The translations under genes were made by a program, and so were the position numbers. From contig NC_042999.1 of NCBI RefSeq assembly GCF_006345805.1, forward strand, positions 142,662,001 through 142,726,000: 64,000 bases of DNA, given 5' to 3'. Positions 1 to 11,739 of this stretch are shown here, piece by piece; the stretch's first letter is position 1; every line of letters starts with the position of its first letter. Source of the DNA: Octopus sinensis (taxonomy: Eukaryota). Under the pieces are notes generated by a model that had not been told where the DNA came from, did no database searches, and saw only the letters and a list, made by a program, of their open reading frames with translations.

Positions 1-158
1 ATAAAACTAGCCTTTGTTACGGTGACATAGTTTAGCCATTGAATTGTAATAAATACGGCACAGTGCACAGAATATTTCCTTTCTTTCAGGTTCGACGCCT
101 GTAGCAAAAAAGTGATATGCCTGTTTGCTCTCACCAGTATTGCCAAGGAGTTCAAATG

Positions 159-270
159 TCTCTCTCTCTCTCTTCTTCCTTACGCCTCTCTCTCTACTCT
201 CGGTGGCTGTCACAGATGTAATATATCCCTTTTACCCTCTCGGTAACTTTCAGAGATAAATTCTCTTTCG

Positions 271-357
<87 letters not shown>

Positions 358-406
358 TTATATATATATATGTATACACACACACACACACACATATATA
401 TATACA
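159..406. repeat. Compound (CT)n/(AC)n/(AT)n microsatellite
   Basis: Direct reading of dinucleotide runs; explains ORF-track entries 194..391 and the start of 7..213. Confidence 0.95.
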
Positions 407-799
407 TGGAAAAAAAAAGAATAAAATGGAGAAATTGATATATAAACATCAGTTTATTCAAAGATATTCAACCAGTTTCAATATGAAAATTTTAAATTAA
501 TTAAATTCAATTTCTATAATTAAATTAATTGGATATGGAAACGGCTGTAGGGATAAGAATTTCATATCATATTGATTTGAATATCTTTGAATAAACTGAT
601 GCCTGTATGTCAATATCTCCATTTTCTTTTTCTCATTCATACAAAACAAGTTCAAAATCAAAAGAAACGCGAATAAATGTTTTTAAGTAAACAAAAACAA
701 AAGCAAAATGTATCTCTATTCTGGCACTCCGTGGATTATGACGACGAATGTTCCAGTTGAGCAGATCAATAGAACAGCCTACCCGTGAAATTAACGTGT

Positions 800-1015
800 T
801 AATGACTGAAACCGCCATAGACGCGTACTCTTAATATAGTTTTAGGGAAATTCAGCGTGACACAAAATGTGACATGACTGGCCCCTTTGCATTACAGGTA
901 CAAATCATTTTTTGCCATCTGAGTGGATTGGAGCAACCTGAAATAAAGTGTTTTGCTCAAGGACAGAATGCATCGATCGTGGGCCAAATACTCTAACCAC
1001 TTGGCCATAAGCTTT
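800..1015 (-). mobile_element. Degenerate tRNA-derived SINE (family C)
   Basis: Ends in ctctaaccacttggcc, the reverse complement of a tRNA-like A-box head. Body gaaataaagtgttttgctcaaggaca is SINE-like. A similar head remnant lies near 49000-49030. Boundaries approximate. Confidence 0.5.
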
Positions 1016-2007
1016 CACTAGTATCTGTGTTACAAACAATATAAACAATGTGTTTAAAATAATAATTTTATGCAAAGTTACCCTGATTAGAATTTGGCTA
1101 ATTAGCCAACAAACGAGTGCTTCATTTCCCGGGTAACACTGGTTGTCCTTCCACTAACTCTATTAAAATCTTCTTTCCGTCTTTCTTGGATGTTTACACC
1201 AGATGTTATTAGCTTCTCATCAATACACAAATAGTGTTTTTGTTCTCTTTACTTCTAATCTCAATTATTATTTCATAAACTTTTCTCATTGCTCAACTGT
1301 CTCTTGCAGTGAATAATTTATCTGTTCATCAACTTTCTTTTCGAAGGATATTCCTTTATTTCTTCTTAAATATCTTTTCATCTCTCTATCGAAACTCCAA
1401 TATTAGCGATTCAAAATCTACCACATTCCCTCTCCAACGTTCAACAATTTGGTTTTCTTCCTTTCATGCCTCAACAACTTCCCCTATTCCACCCGAAATA
1501 CATTTTCTTTAGCTTTCTTTTCTTTAATCCAGAACCCTCTCCATTAGATTCTGGTATTCTCCCTTTAAATTTCCCCCCGTGCCGTTGATTTCTACATCAT
1601 ATTCATCTGAAGCATTACAAATCGGTTTCAACATTCAATTACAAGTGTAACTTTAACTGTATCATACATGAACTTCTCTTGAACCAAGAATTTCTGTCTT
1701 CTTTGCTTTAGCCTTCAACTTTAACTGACCTGTTCCTATTTATAACTGATGGTTATTTCTGATATTTGTATCTAGCTATGTTCTAGTAATTCGGAGTCGG
1801 AATACATGTTCTATCAGCGATTTATCAAAATATTATTAATATGATTCCGATAGTTTTTTTTTTATTTGGATATTTCTGTGCATATTTATGAAATACATAT
1901 ATATTTATATATGCATATGAATTATATACATTGCAGCATGGGAGGTATTTATAAGCCATTTAAAAACACATAAAAATCGTTAGATTAATTTCAACATATA
2001 AATTTAA

Positions 2008-2058
2008 TTTGTCAAAATATTTTCGTCGCTTTGAAACCGCGACCTGTTCACTAACAAA
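2008..2058 (-). ncRNA. Hammerhead-like ribozyme motif, type I, G3:C8 variant
   Basis: Minus strand reads UUUGUUA-GUGAACA-G-GUCGC(GGUUUCAAA)GCGAC-GAA-AAUAUU-U-UGACAAA. Stem I has 7 bp with one G.U, stem II has 5 bp, stem III is the palindrome AAUAUU, and the core has a G3/C8 swap. Confidence 0.5.
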
Positions 2059-2069
2059 ACTTCGTGCAA

Positions 2070-2890
2070 CATTTTGAAAGAGACTTCGAGAAGTATCGCT
2101 TGAAGAAGGTGATGTGGGCAGCAGAAGAGAGAAAAGGTCTAGACCCTTGGGGGTCCATAAAAGATTTTGTTGCTAAAGTTTATCTGCAATAAATTGGTTA
2201 TACCTCTACACCACACAAAATATTTTGACATATTTTTCTATAATTCCTAATGATATTTAATTATAAAAATATAATAAGATTTTTTAAACATTGAATGACT
2301 ACGGTGGTCTAGTAGAGTAAAACAGCAATCAAAGGGGTCCATGGGTAAAAAAATAGTTGAAAATCACTGGTCCATTGAAATGCAGGAAAGATATAGCACT
2401 ATATAATTTGGTGTTGATGATGCTCAAAAATAAAGACGGGCTGATGGTGACAGTCAAAAGGAAGGTGGAGGAGGTCTATGAAATCTTTTACAGCAAGTAA
2501 TTTTGGCCAATAAAATAATGTTTTAAAGCTGAAGAGAAATAAAATCCCGGGAAAGGATGAGATAACAGCAGTTAAAAATATATGATAGTGGCTATAGAAA
2601 ATCTTTAATTTACGTTACAATCGATATTTGAAAGAGAGAAAAATACTCTCACTATAGGAGAAATTGAGATCTATCTTACTTTAGAAAATAGGTGATTGAG
2701 AAGATCTGAGAAATTATTGTCCCTATGCTTCTTGTCTAACTGTCATGAGCTATTTACATGGTTCGTAGTCATCAGACTATCGAAACATCTCGGTAACCAA
2801 CAGCCAAGAAAGCAAACAGGTCTTTGGAGGAATTTCAGCACGACAGACCACATATTTACTCCAATACAGCTTCTAGAACGAGTGAAAATG
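2070..2890 (+). pseudogene. RTE-clade LINE reverse transcriptase remnant, interrupted by a hAT-MITE-like fragment (~2137-2370)
   Basis: Translation RLSKHLGNQQPRKQTGLWRNFSTTDHIFTPIQLLERVK matches the RTE RT motif QP.EQAGFR...ST.DHIF. A K.PG.D.IT-like motif lies near 2545. Confidence 0.6.
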
Positions 2891-4330
2891 AATTAGCAGT
2901 CTTTTGCATCGCCTTCATTTTTTTTGTGTTTGTGTGTGTGTGTGGGGGGGTGTAGTGTTTTTGTTGGCAGCTGATCCACTTTGAAGTTTTCCAGTCATTT
3001 TCCAAGTTCTTCAGGCAGCAAAAAGGTATATTTACACACACACACCACACACACACACACACACACACCACACACACACACACACACACGAACATATATA
3101 TATATATATATATCTGAGGAAATTATATTTTATAAATTTTGAGAAATATTTTCTAAAGTATTTTCTCTCGGGAAATGCATGAACGTTATAACTTCCATTT
3201 TCCTATCTCCTGATTACAACACAGCTAACGGTTTATTGATGTGTGTCCCTTAACATGAAAGGTCAACACTATTCACTGTTTGTCATCCTAGTGTATTAGA
3301 TATTGATTTATCTAATGCATTAGTACACACACACAAACACACACACACTTGTATGTATTATGCGTGTGTGTATACATTTGGAAAGACTTGTAATAAACTA
3401 GTAGCCACTATCAAATAAAGATTCAGTATGAGAATATTTATTAAATTAAAATATATATATTAAATATATGTGTCGTGTGCCCATGTGTCTCTGCGTGTGC
3501 GCAGGCGTTTGACTACATGCATTTATTTGCTTATGTATATTCGTTAAATCCTCTTCCAATCTTTGCCATAAATATATATTTTCTTTTTCAACATTGTTTT
3601 ATGGTACCACATATCCTATCAGCTTTCACATTTTCACCAATCTCCATTGAACTTAATCCTTCAACCACTTATTTCTCTTCAACTAAACTTATCACTTTAT
3701 TCAATACATGACTCAGGTAATATCACAATTTTTTCCAGTTTTACTTCATTAAGTCTCCTGTGGCTTCCAGAAAAGATACCGTTTGTGAATTCACTTTTCG
3801 CACTAATACATTTTACACCTAACTTATGCTCTGTCTCATTTTATTGTCACATATTATGCTCACTCTTCTGGCCTATAGTTTGTTTTTTCTCACTACTTCT
3901 CACTCTCTTACCCATCTCTTTATTTTCGTTATATATTCTGCTCTTGTGTCCTGTTACCAGTCCTTATTTACATATCGAAGGATAAATATTTCTCTGTAGC
4001 TTTGAATTTTATATCTGTCTCTTATACTATCTCCCCATCCTTTAAGTAAATATTTCTTTGTTGGTGCATCTCTAAAATTACGACCTCTTCCTTAAAATAC
4101 ACATGTCTTTATCTTTAAATAATTCCATTATATTTTGTATCGTGTTACATTCGTACATACATATACAAATCCTAATTTCATACACTACAAATGATTGCAG
4201 AATCTGAGACTAGAAAAATGTGCAAGACTCTCTTAAGATGTAAAGAATGCTGAATAAAACAAGATACTTTCCTTCACAGCGCGGATCTTGGGGAGTTTTT
4301 ATAACACGCCTAAACGGAACAGTAAACTAT

Positions 4331-4498
4331 ACATACATACATACATACATACATACATACATACATACATGCATACATGCATACATACATACATACATAC
4401 ATACATACATACATACATACATACATACATACATACATGCATGCATGCATACATGCATACATACATACATACATACATACATACATACATACATACAT
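4331..4498. repeat. (TACA)n microsatellite
   Basis: Direct reading. Confidence 0.97.
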
Positions 4499-4659
4499 TA
4501 ATTATTATTATGGCTGCCCCCTCGTTATCGAGTATGGCCATTGCACGAAGCTTAACTGTTACTGGTGCTGTGATCAAATGTGACTTTTTAGCCCAGCTAA
4601 AGGTCTACAATGTCTTGTACAAAATTGGCAACTAAAACCTTTACTGGACAGTCTACAAA

Positions 4660-7600
4660 CCTTCTCGCCTCTCCTGAATGGCTACGAGAAAATCATGTCT
4701 CCCGGTCAGACCGGAGGACGAGGGAGCGTAGTGGTACTGATCCGTAAAAGCTTGGCTCTGCAGACAAGTACAGTCTATGTGGACCCTGAAGGTGGGCTGG
4801 TCGTCCTTGATGTGACATACAGCAGTAAGGCCTTCAGGTTGATCGGACTCTATGCACCTTGTGCTAGAGGCTTCCAAACTGATTTTTATCGGCGCCTACA
4901 GAACTTTCTCGTGACGTCGAAGACTTTAATAGTATTAGGAGACTTTAGGCTATCGTTGACGTACACATCGATAGTGTTGGCTCGATCCATAGGAAAGTGA
5001 ACTCACGTCTCGTGGATCTGCTTAAGCGGTTTCAGCTGGCAGATCGTTACAGACTTGACCATCCGAACGTCCCAGAGTGGACCTGGATGAGTGGCGACGG
5101 AAGGTTCAAGTCTTATCTAGACAGGATAGTGATAAGAACTAGAGATAAGTCTAGTTTTAGTTGTCCACAGCTCGTCCAGGTGCCCTATACGGACCATAGA
5201 ATGGTCAAGTGTAGACTGGACATAGGTAGCACACTAAAGATAGGAAACCGCTACTGGAAGCTGAACAAGTCTATTTTGACTTGTGAGGCATACCGCAGTC
5301 GGATTAAGGAGTTAGTGCAGAGGGCGTTAACCGGAGCCGTGGTTAATAACTGGTGGTGGTTCGCCCTGAAAAGAGCCATTCGATTCGAGTCAATTAGGTT
5401 TAGTAAGCAACTAAGACTAGATAAGGCTAGATTAGAAGGGCAATTAGCTAAGAAGTTAGAGGAGGCGTTGAGGTTGGGCTCTGCATCTCACATTTTGGCG
5501 GCGAGAACGGCTTTAGACCGTCACCTCAAAACCAAACATGAAGGGTGTAGAGTTCGGGCTAAAGTACGAGCATTGGGCCGCGAGGGAATTAATGTTGCCG
5601 GATGGGCCCGTACGATAGAAACCCGGCGTGGAAACAATGTCACAATTAGGTCTCTTGTTGACGGAAACGGATGCACGGTGAAGGAGCGGGACGAGATGTG
5701 TGAGGCACTTTACAAGCACTTCGCCGAGTTGTTCGGGAGGTGCGGGACGCTGGATCATGGTGAGGCCCTTAGGGACTTCCTGTCTTGTGGCCCGCGTCTC
5801 TCGGCACGAGAGGCTGAGTGCTGTGAGGGGCCAATCACAGCCCCAGGGAGAAGTCGCCGGGTCTCGATGGTCTGCCCTATGAGTTTTTTAAAAGTATGCC
5901 AGACTTGTTCGGGCACCTGCTGGCTAGCGTCTTCGCCAACTGGCAGCAGAATGGGAAAATTCCCAAGTCTGCGAGCCGGGGTGTGGTGACGTTGATCAGG
6001 AAGGACCCGAGCAAGGGGGACAAGATAGGCAACTTCAGGCCCATAACTCTGCTGAACACAGAGTTAAAGATTTTGGCCAAGGTGCTGGCGAAAAGGTTGG
6101 CGCGGGTCGTGGATAAACTTGTCGGAGAAGCGCAAACGTGCGCTATCCCGGGCAGGACGATGCACGACAATCTCCACCTTATACGCTACTCCTTAGAGAG
6201 GGTCGGGAAGCTTTCTGGCGCAGGGGGGGGGGCACTGGTATATTTAGACCAGTCTAAGGCATTTGATAGGGTCGACCATCGGTACTTGGCGGCGGTCCTC
6301 GGGGAGGCTGGCCTGGGCCCGACCTTTCGAGGTTGGATCGCTGCTTTGTATAGCGACATCGAGTCTGTGGTCAAAGTGAACGGCTTCCTTTCGAAGCCGT
6401 TCAGGATCGAGCGTTCAGTTCGTCAGGGGTGTCCCCTGTCCCCGCTTCTATATGCGTTGGCTCTTGAGCTCTTGCTGCGGAAGTTGGAGACAATAGGGGG
6501 CGCACCGCATGATCTATGGTGTGGAAGAGGAGCTACGGCTTACGCGGATGACATCTCCATCATCGTGGCAGATGATGACCAGCTTCCAGTGGTGGAAGAG
6601 GCCATCAAAAGCTACGAGGCGGTGGCAGGAGCAAAGGTGAACAAGGACAAGTCGGTCGGTTTGCAACTCGGCACCTTGAGGGGCAAGCCGATGCCGTCCA
6701 ATAACGTCGTGGGGCGTTGGACGGAAGGTCCTGTTAAGCTGCTCGGAGTCTGGTTCGGGCGAGACCTCCAGATAGAGAAAAATTGGAGTGAGGTGGCCGG
6801 CAAGGTGACCGCTCTAACCCAGACTCGGTCTGGACGAGCGTTATCCCTGCTAGGGAGGGTGGAGGTGGTACAGATGTTCATAGCATCAGTAGTCACCTAC
6901 CGCCTGACCGTGGTGCCTTGCCTTGATTTGTGGCTGAACAAGTTGGAGAGAATCCTTTTCCACTTCTTGTGGAAAGGAGGGAAGCCACTTATAAAGCGCT
7001 CTGTCTGTTGCCAGAAACCGCTAAAGGGTGGGCTAGGGATGCCTTGGCTGAAGATGCGAAAGGTCGCGTTAAGGTTGAGGCACCTCTGGCTTTACTTGGA
7101 TGGAGAACAGGTGTGGTCACCGCACGTTCGATTCTACCTTCCGCGATTAACGTCCTTAACGGACATTGGTAATTGGATCAAGCAGAGACCTAGGCTGGAG
7201 GACTGGCAATTGGAGTGCCGTCAGGCACTTCAGCTACTCTCTCGGGCGGGCAATGCCGGCAACAGGAGTTCCACCGCGGATTTCTATAGCGGGTTAGTGG
7301 AGGTTAAGTCCCAAGACGCCTTGGGGGAGACCCTGGGCTACGATGAAAATCAGTTGACCAACCTGTTCCGGAGAACGTTCGGGCCGGGGTACCTGGATAA
7401 TTACCAGAAATCCCTGGCCTGACAGTGTTTCCGTGCGGCGTTACCTGTTCGCGACAAGCTGTCAAGGCACGGAAGTGCCGTCTCGCCGACATGTCCGCGA
7501 TGTGAGCAGGATAGGGAAACCGTCTTGCACGCATTCGTGGAGTGTCCGGAGTTATCGGGACTGATTGCTTTCGCCGAACAACTGTTGTCAGTGAATGGAA

Positions 7601-7893
7601 GAGTACAGCTATCAGCGGAGTCTATCATTGAGATTGTGCCACCTCCTTTCCTCAGCAGGGAAAGGAAGGCTTGTTTTTCCTGCGTAGTAGCCATACTGAA
7701 AGAGACAGTATGAAAGACGCGTACGAAAGGTATAGTGACAGGTACCTTTGTATCCGGACAGGGGTTGGTTAACTTTTTCAGTTACCACCTCGGTAGTAAG
7801 ATCAGGCTGGAGAAGAGGTGTCTGTCACGAGATGTGTTTGCGAAAAGATGGAAGTCTGTAGCGTGCAAGCTGGGTATATCTGGCACCAGGTAA
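4660..7893 (+). pseudogene. Tx1 copy A ORF2 (APE endonuclease, RT, C-terminal CCHC), disrupted
   Basis: APE motifs GLYAP, GDF, SYLDR and YTDH; RT motifs FRPITLLN, DQSKAFDRV, RQGCPLSP and YADD; zinc finger CPRCEQDRETVLHAFVEC. There are frameshifts near 4960-5000 and 5845, plus two TGG-to-TGA stops (7420, 7711) where copy B has Trp. Natural stop TAA at 7891-7893. Confidence 0.9.
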
Positions 7894-7898
7894 GTGTG

Positions 7899-8087
7899 AC
7901 CGGAGAGCGGCGGCAACGGCAAGCCCGGGCCGCGCGCGGAGCTACCGACGACGGCTTCGGCGCCGCCGCGCTACCGGAAAAGCACTAATCGACGCGCTAG
8001 TTAGCAGGCCGGAGTCTTGTTCGTTATCGGAATCAACCAGACGGATCGCTCCACCAACTAAGAACGGCCATGCACCACCACCCACAG
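7899..8087 (-). rRNA. 18S rRNA: 18S rRNA fragment (retrocopy) inside the Tx1 copy A 3' UTR
   Basis: Reverse complement reads CTGTGGGTGGTGGTGCATGGCCGTTCTTAGTTGGTGGAGCGATCCGTCTGGTTGATTCCGATAACGAACAAGACTCCGGCCTGCTAACTAG, the conserved eukaryotic SSU segment before V7, followed by a GC-rich expansion. It is flanked by the direct repeat CAGGTAAGTGTG (7887-7898, 8085-8096). Confidence 0.93.
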
Positions 8088-8246
8088 GTAAGTGTGGCCG
8101 AAGTAAATTTTTTAAACTTTATATTGTAAATATTATATATATTTTTTTGTAATCACCAACGTTTTAAGCTACTACACCCTATATGTTTGTCTGTATTTGT
8201 ATGTCCCCTCCATGTAACGCCTTAATGGCAAATCTTTCATGAAATA

Positions 8247-8449
8247 AAGTAGCTTGCTTACCAACCACATGCTTCCGGGTTCAGTCCCATTGTGTGGCAC
8301 TTTGGGCAAGTGTCTTCTACTATAGCCTCAGGCCAACCAAAGCCTTGTGAGTGGATTTGGTAGACGGAAACTGAAAGAAGCCAGCCGTATATATGCATAT
8401 ATATATATGTATGTCTGTGTATATGTTTTTGTGTGTGTGTGTAAGTAAA

Positions 8450-8480
<31 letters not shown>

Positions 8481-8483
8481 GTA

Positions 8484-8550
<67 letters not shown>
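8247..8550 (+). mobile_element. tRNA-derived SINE family A, 5'-clipped left half plus (TA)/(TG)n
   Basis: agtagcttgcttaccaaccac...gggttcagtccc (B box)...gtagacggaaactgaaagaagcc matches the intact copy at 33011-33425. Confidence 0.85.
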
Positions 8551-8699
8551 AAATTTGTTATGTGGAAAGCCTAATTAACATCGGTATTAGTCCTGAGTTA
8601 GTATCGCTTATAGACATGCAATTTTAAAAAACTCAAAATCTATTGCAGTAGCAGAAGAAAATCGTCCAAAGGCGGTGGTGGCATTGCTAATACTGATAT

Positions 8700-9560
8700 T
8701 GTAAATAGACTAAAATAACATGGTCTTATATTTCATTTGAGAAGAATTTAAACCTTGAGACCTCTTTAATGCTGAATTATCAACATTTACCACGACCTTA
8801 CCAAGCAACCTGTGGTCTTTGTTTTTCATAACAACTATTTTCTTAAGTTTCGATTAATGCTTCAAATTTTCCCCGAGTTTTTATGAGTGATCCATCAAAT
8901 TGTTTTAGCCTGAGATCACACTTTTCTAATTTTTGATTTATTTAAATCCATTCAGAAATTCTGAGATATTTACCTGACAACCACTGTCAATTTGCATTCT
9001 AATGTTAACATAATTTAGTTTAACGTTGATCATAGCAGTGACTTTTATTCCAGTTTCTTAAACACTTAAAGAATTTCCGTTTCTAATTTCTTCAAGTATT
9101 CTTGAAAATTTCCATACTGCTTTAAAGTGATTCTGTTTTTTTTTTTTCGTCAAAAGTGATATTTAAAATCACATTTGTATTTGCTTCCATCAACATGCGT
9201 CACATTGATAACATTAAAATTTTTGTTTCATTTTATTTATCGTTTTTTTTTTTTAATTGCTCGAAATCAAGAAATCGTATTGAGCTGTTGCATGAATTCA
9301 ATACATGCTTAGCGCTGGATCATCTGAATAAAGATATTCTAATTCTTTCATACGATGCTCTGTCATCTTTGCGTGTCATCTTTGGGTTTCATTTAAATCA
9401 TGATCTTCAACCCTCTATTCTTTTGTTCCAATTTTATAAAATTTGCTACAGCAAATAACCTTAAAAAGATTCAGTTTGACATTGATATTAGGATAAATAT
9501 TTCAACAATTATCATTTTCTTTTATGGATGAACTGATGGCATTAGCACAGATCTTCTAAT
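8700..9560 (-). pseudogene. Ty3/Gypsy gag-protease remnant
   Basis: Minus strand encodes MQIDSGCQVN (retropepsin D-S-G, 8981-8997 region) followed by LKQFDGSLIKTRGKFEA. Many stops; boundaries approximate. Confidence 0.5.
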
Positions 9561-10559
9561 TGCTAAAGTTCCTTGTTTCAAGTTCTATACAGAGAAATGT
9601 ACTTACAACAACCCACTCTCTTTATACAATGCACTATTAACACTCCTACAGTTACTATAAATACATCCCCTACAATCTTTGATGATAGTTTTATGTTCAT
9701 AACATAGTGAAAACATCCTCCCAAAGGTTTAACCATACAATTGCCTAGGATCTGATATATCTCTGACTTCCTTTTAAGCTCGTGTATGGCACACATCAGC
9801 ATAATTAAAGTGAGTTTAGTGCAGTTGATACATGCACAAACATACGTTTTAGTCTGCTTCTATAAAATGCCATTCATTTGATTAATAAATCTTTCTTCAC
9901 CAACACACTACAACCATTAGCATACAAGGGACATTCTACATGGTCACTCAGCCTGTTAGGAATAACACTCAAATATCCCTCAAATCACAGCCTACCTACA
10001 TAAATGTTGTATTAGAATATATAGTCCCGCATACTTGATGGTCATGGCTAGAATGTCTTTTATTATAGATTAAATCAGTCAGAGTTGACCTGGAGTTCTT
10101 CCATATGTATACCTAGGATTACTGCAACAGTTCTGCTCTTCCTGTTTCTCTGAACCACCATTCTATGAGCTACTTCTGTTCAGTCTATGCAGAAATCTCA
10201 GTGGACTAAAGTCCATAAAAGGGTGATTTGGCCGATACATTTGATGGGGCGGAAAACCAAAAAGGGGCCCATGAATATCTAATAGGGCCCTCCCTAAACT
10301 TATAAAAAATCTCCTGGCACCCTTGATTTAGAGGAACACCCTCCTTCGTGAAAAGGAAATGTAAGGAGTCTTGTACTGCATGCAAAATTTCTGTCAGAGG
10401 TCTTAAAATAGTTACAAAGGAAAGTGGATATTCCTTTTTAAAATGTTCATTTAGGTTTATCAAACAGTAAATCTCACAAATTACAGGCCCATAACCTATC
10501 TGTCTATAATATATAAGATCTTGACCTAATATACAATTATCGCTGTATCATCGCGGGAG

Positions 10560-11284
10560 ATAAACGATCGACTGAAAAAAGTCGTCTTCAGAAGACCAGA
10601 AGGAATGCTTCAAAAGCTCATATGGTTATAAAAATCAATTACTGATTAACAAAGCCAAAATCGAAGATTGTAGATGGAGGAAGAACATTATAGGCATGTC
10701 ATAGAAAGAACGCATGAGTAAGACAATACCAATAACAGGTAGGTACATTAAATATATCATTATTAAATGACCAACGAACAAAAGGAGAAACTATAAAATC
10801 TTACTCTAGACCCCGTCCCTATTAGAAGACTTTTTCGAGAGACTAACTCTGCTTGGTGTTGACACTTTTAGCCAACATCATAATTGTGACTGGATTTGGA
10901 TTCAAATTCTATGGGAAGACACTCAACCATATTTTGTATTTGGGTAACCTTTCGGTTATTGTCTGCAATAAACAACCGAAAAAATTGTTAAATACAATAG
11001 TATACAGTACATATTCACGGGAGAAATTGTTTTGAAATTTAGTTTAGATTTTTTTTTTTTTTAATGGTTAAGGTAACTTTGAGAAGAGAACAATTCATGA
11101 AATATCCCTCATATCGTGGTATATAAAGAAGCAGAGATAAGTGAATTAGAAGAAGCACAAACTTACAAATACTTAAAAATTAATGAACTACAGAGAACAC
11201 ATAAACGAAAGGAAGAAGCTGGAAAAAATATTGTGGACACATTTGATTAATACTTCAAACAGAGCTAGATTCAAAATATAAGAG

Positions 11285-11290
<6 letters not shown>
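10560..11290 (+). pseudogene. R4/Dong-type (RLE) LINE remnant, left part
   Basis: Translates to EDQKECFKSSYGYKNQLLINKAKIEDCR, NHILYLGNL (degenerate NHLLYMDDL), QTYKYL and ILQTELDSKYKRI. Continues at 19631. Confidence 0.7.
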
Positions 11291-11316
<26 letters not shown>

Positions 11317-11695
11317 TGCAATTAAGGACAACTACTTAATAAGGAAAACTTAACAAGAAATTGTCAGGTAGATAGCGTATGTATAATATTGCCCTCTATA
11401 TATAAATTATATGTTCAATAAGAAATAATTATTTTCGAAATTTTTTTCTCTTATATGAGGTTTTTACGCTATCTACCTGACAATTTCTTGTTAGTTTTCC
11501 TTATTAAGTAGTTGTCTTAATTGCAAAATTTTTATTCCGAAAAAACTTTTCCTCTCCCGAAATGCAATTTTGTAAAAGTTTGCCACTCACCCGGATGTAA
11601 TAATATAACTCACCCATGTGCTTCGTTGATGTTGATCAGTTAGCTGTTCGGCTTAAGCGAGGCAGGGTCGTTGTTTATTTATAATACATTCAGTT

Positions 11696-11739
11696 GCCTG
11701 CTGATGATTACGTAAGTATGAAATCACTGTGATACAGGC
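11696..11739 (+). ncRNA. Type I hammerhead ribozyme, array unit 1
   Basis: GCCUG-CUGAUGA-U-UAC(GUAA)GUA-U-GAA-AUCA(CUG)UGAU-A-CAGGC; predicted cleavage after 11734. Confidence 0.75.

Larger units (their letters stand above)
4655..8248 (+). mobile_element. Tx1-clade (L1 group) non-LTR retrotransposon, copy A, 5'-truncated
   Basis: GC-rich APE-RT-zinc finger ORF2 homologous along its length to copy B (14057-19331). It starts inside the APE domain and ends at AATAAA (8243-8248). No TSD found. Confidence 0.9.

Noticed and set aside
7-213. 68-aa minus-strand ORF as a host exon
   Set aside because: It starts in a (GA)n tract, has no recognisable domain, and I found no supporting splice context.
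1140-1800. Purine-biased minus strand as a LINE endonuclease remnant
   Set aside because: Only vague motif resemblance; no diagnostic APE motif could be read with confidence.
3114-3300. (AT)n-adjacent segment with ttgatg...gaaa as another hammerhead
   Set aside because: A9 is missing and neither stem I nor stem III can be formed.
4247-4583. HTYI/MYVC-repeat ORFs here and at 25797-26220, 30016-30571, 42403-42885, 44698-45190, 52190-52780 and 58067-58597
   Set aside because: These are stop-free readings of microsatellites, not proteins.
4655-7893. GC-rich long ORFs as bacterial contamination or horizontally acquired genes
   Set aside because: The APE-RT-CCHC domain order, AATAAA ends and the TSD of the paralog identify eukaryotic Tx1 LINEs.
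7899-8087. A genuine rDNA locus
   Set aside because: Only ~190 nt, with sharp ends and a flanking direct repeat; no other 18S, ITS or 28S sequence nearby.
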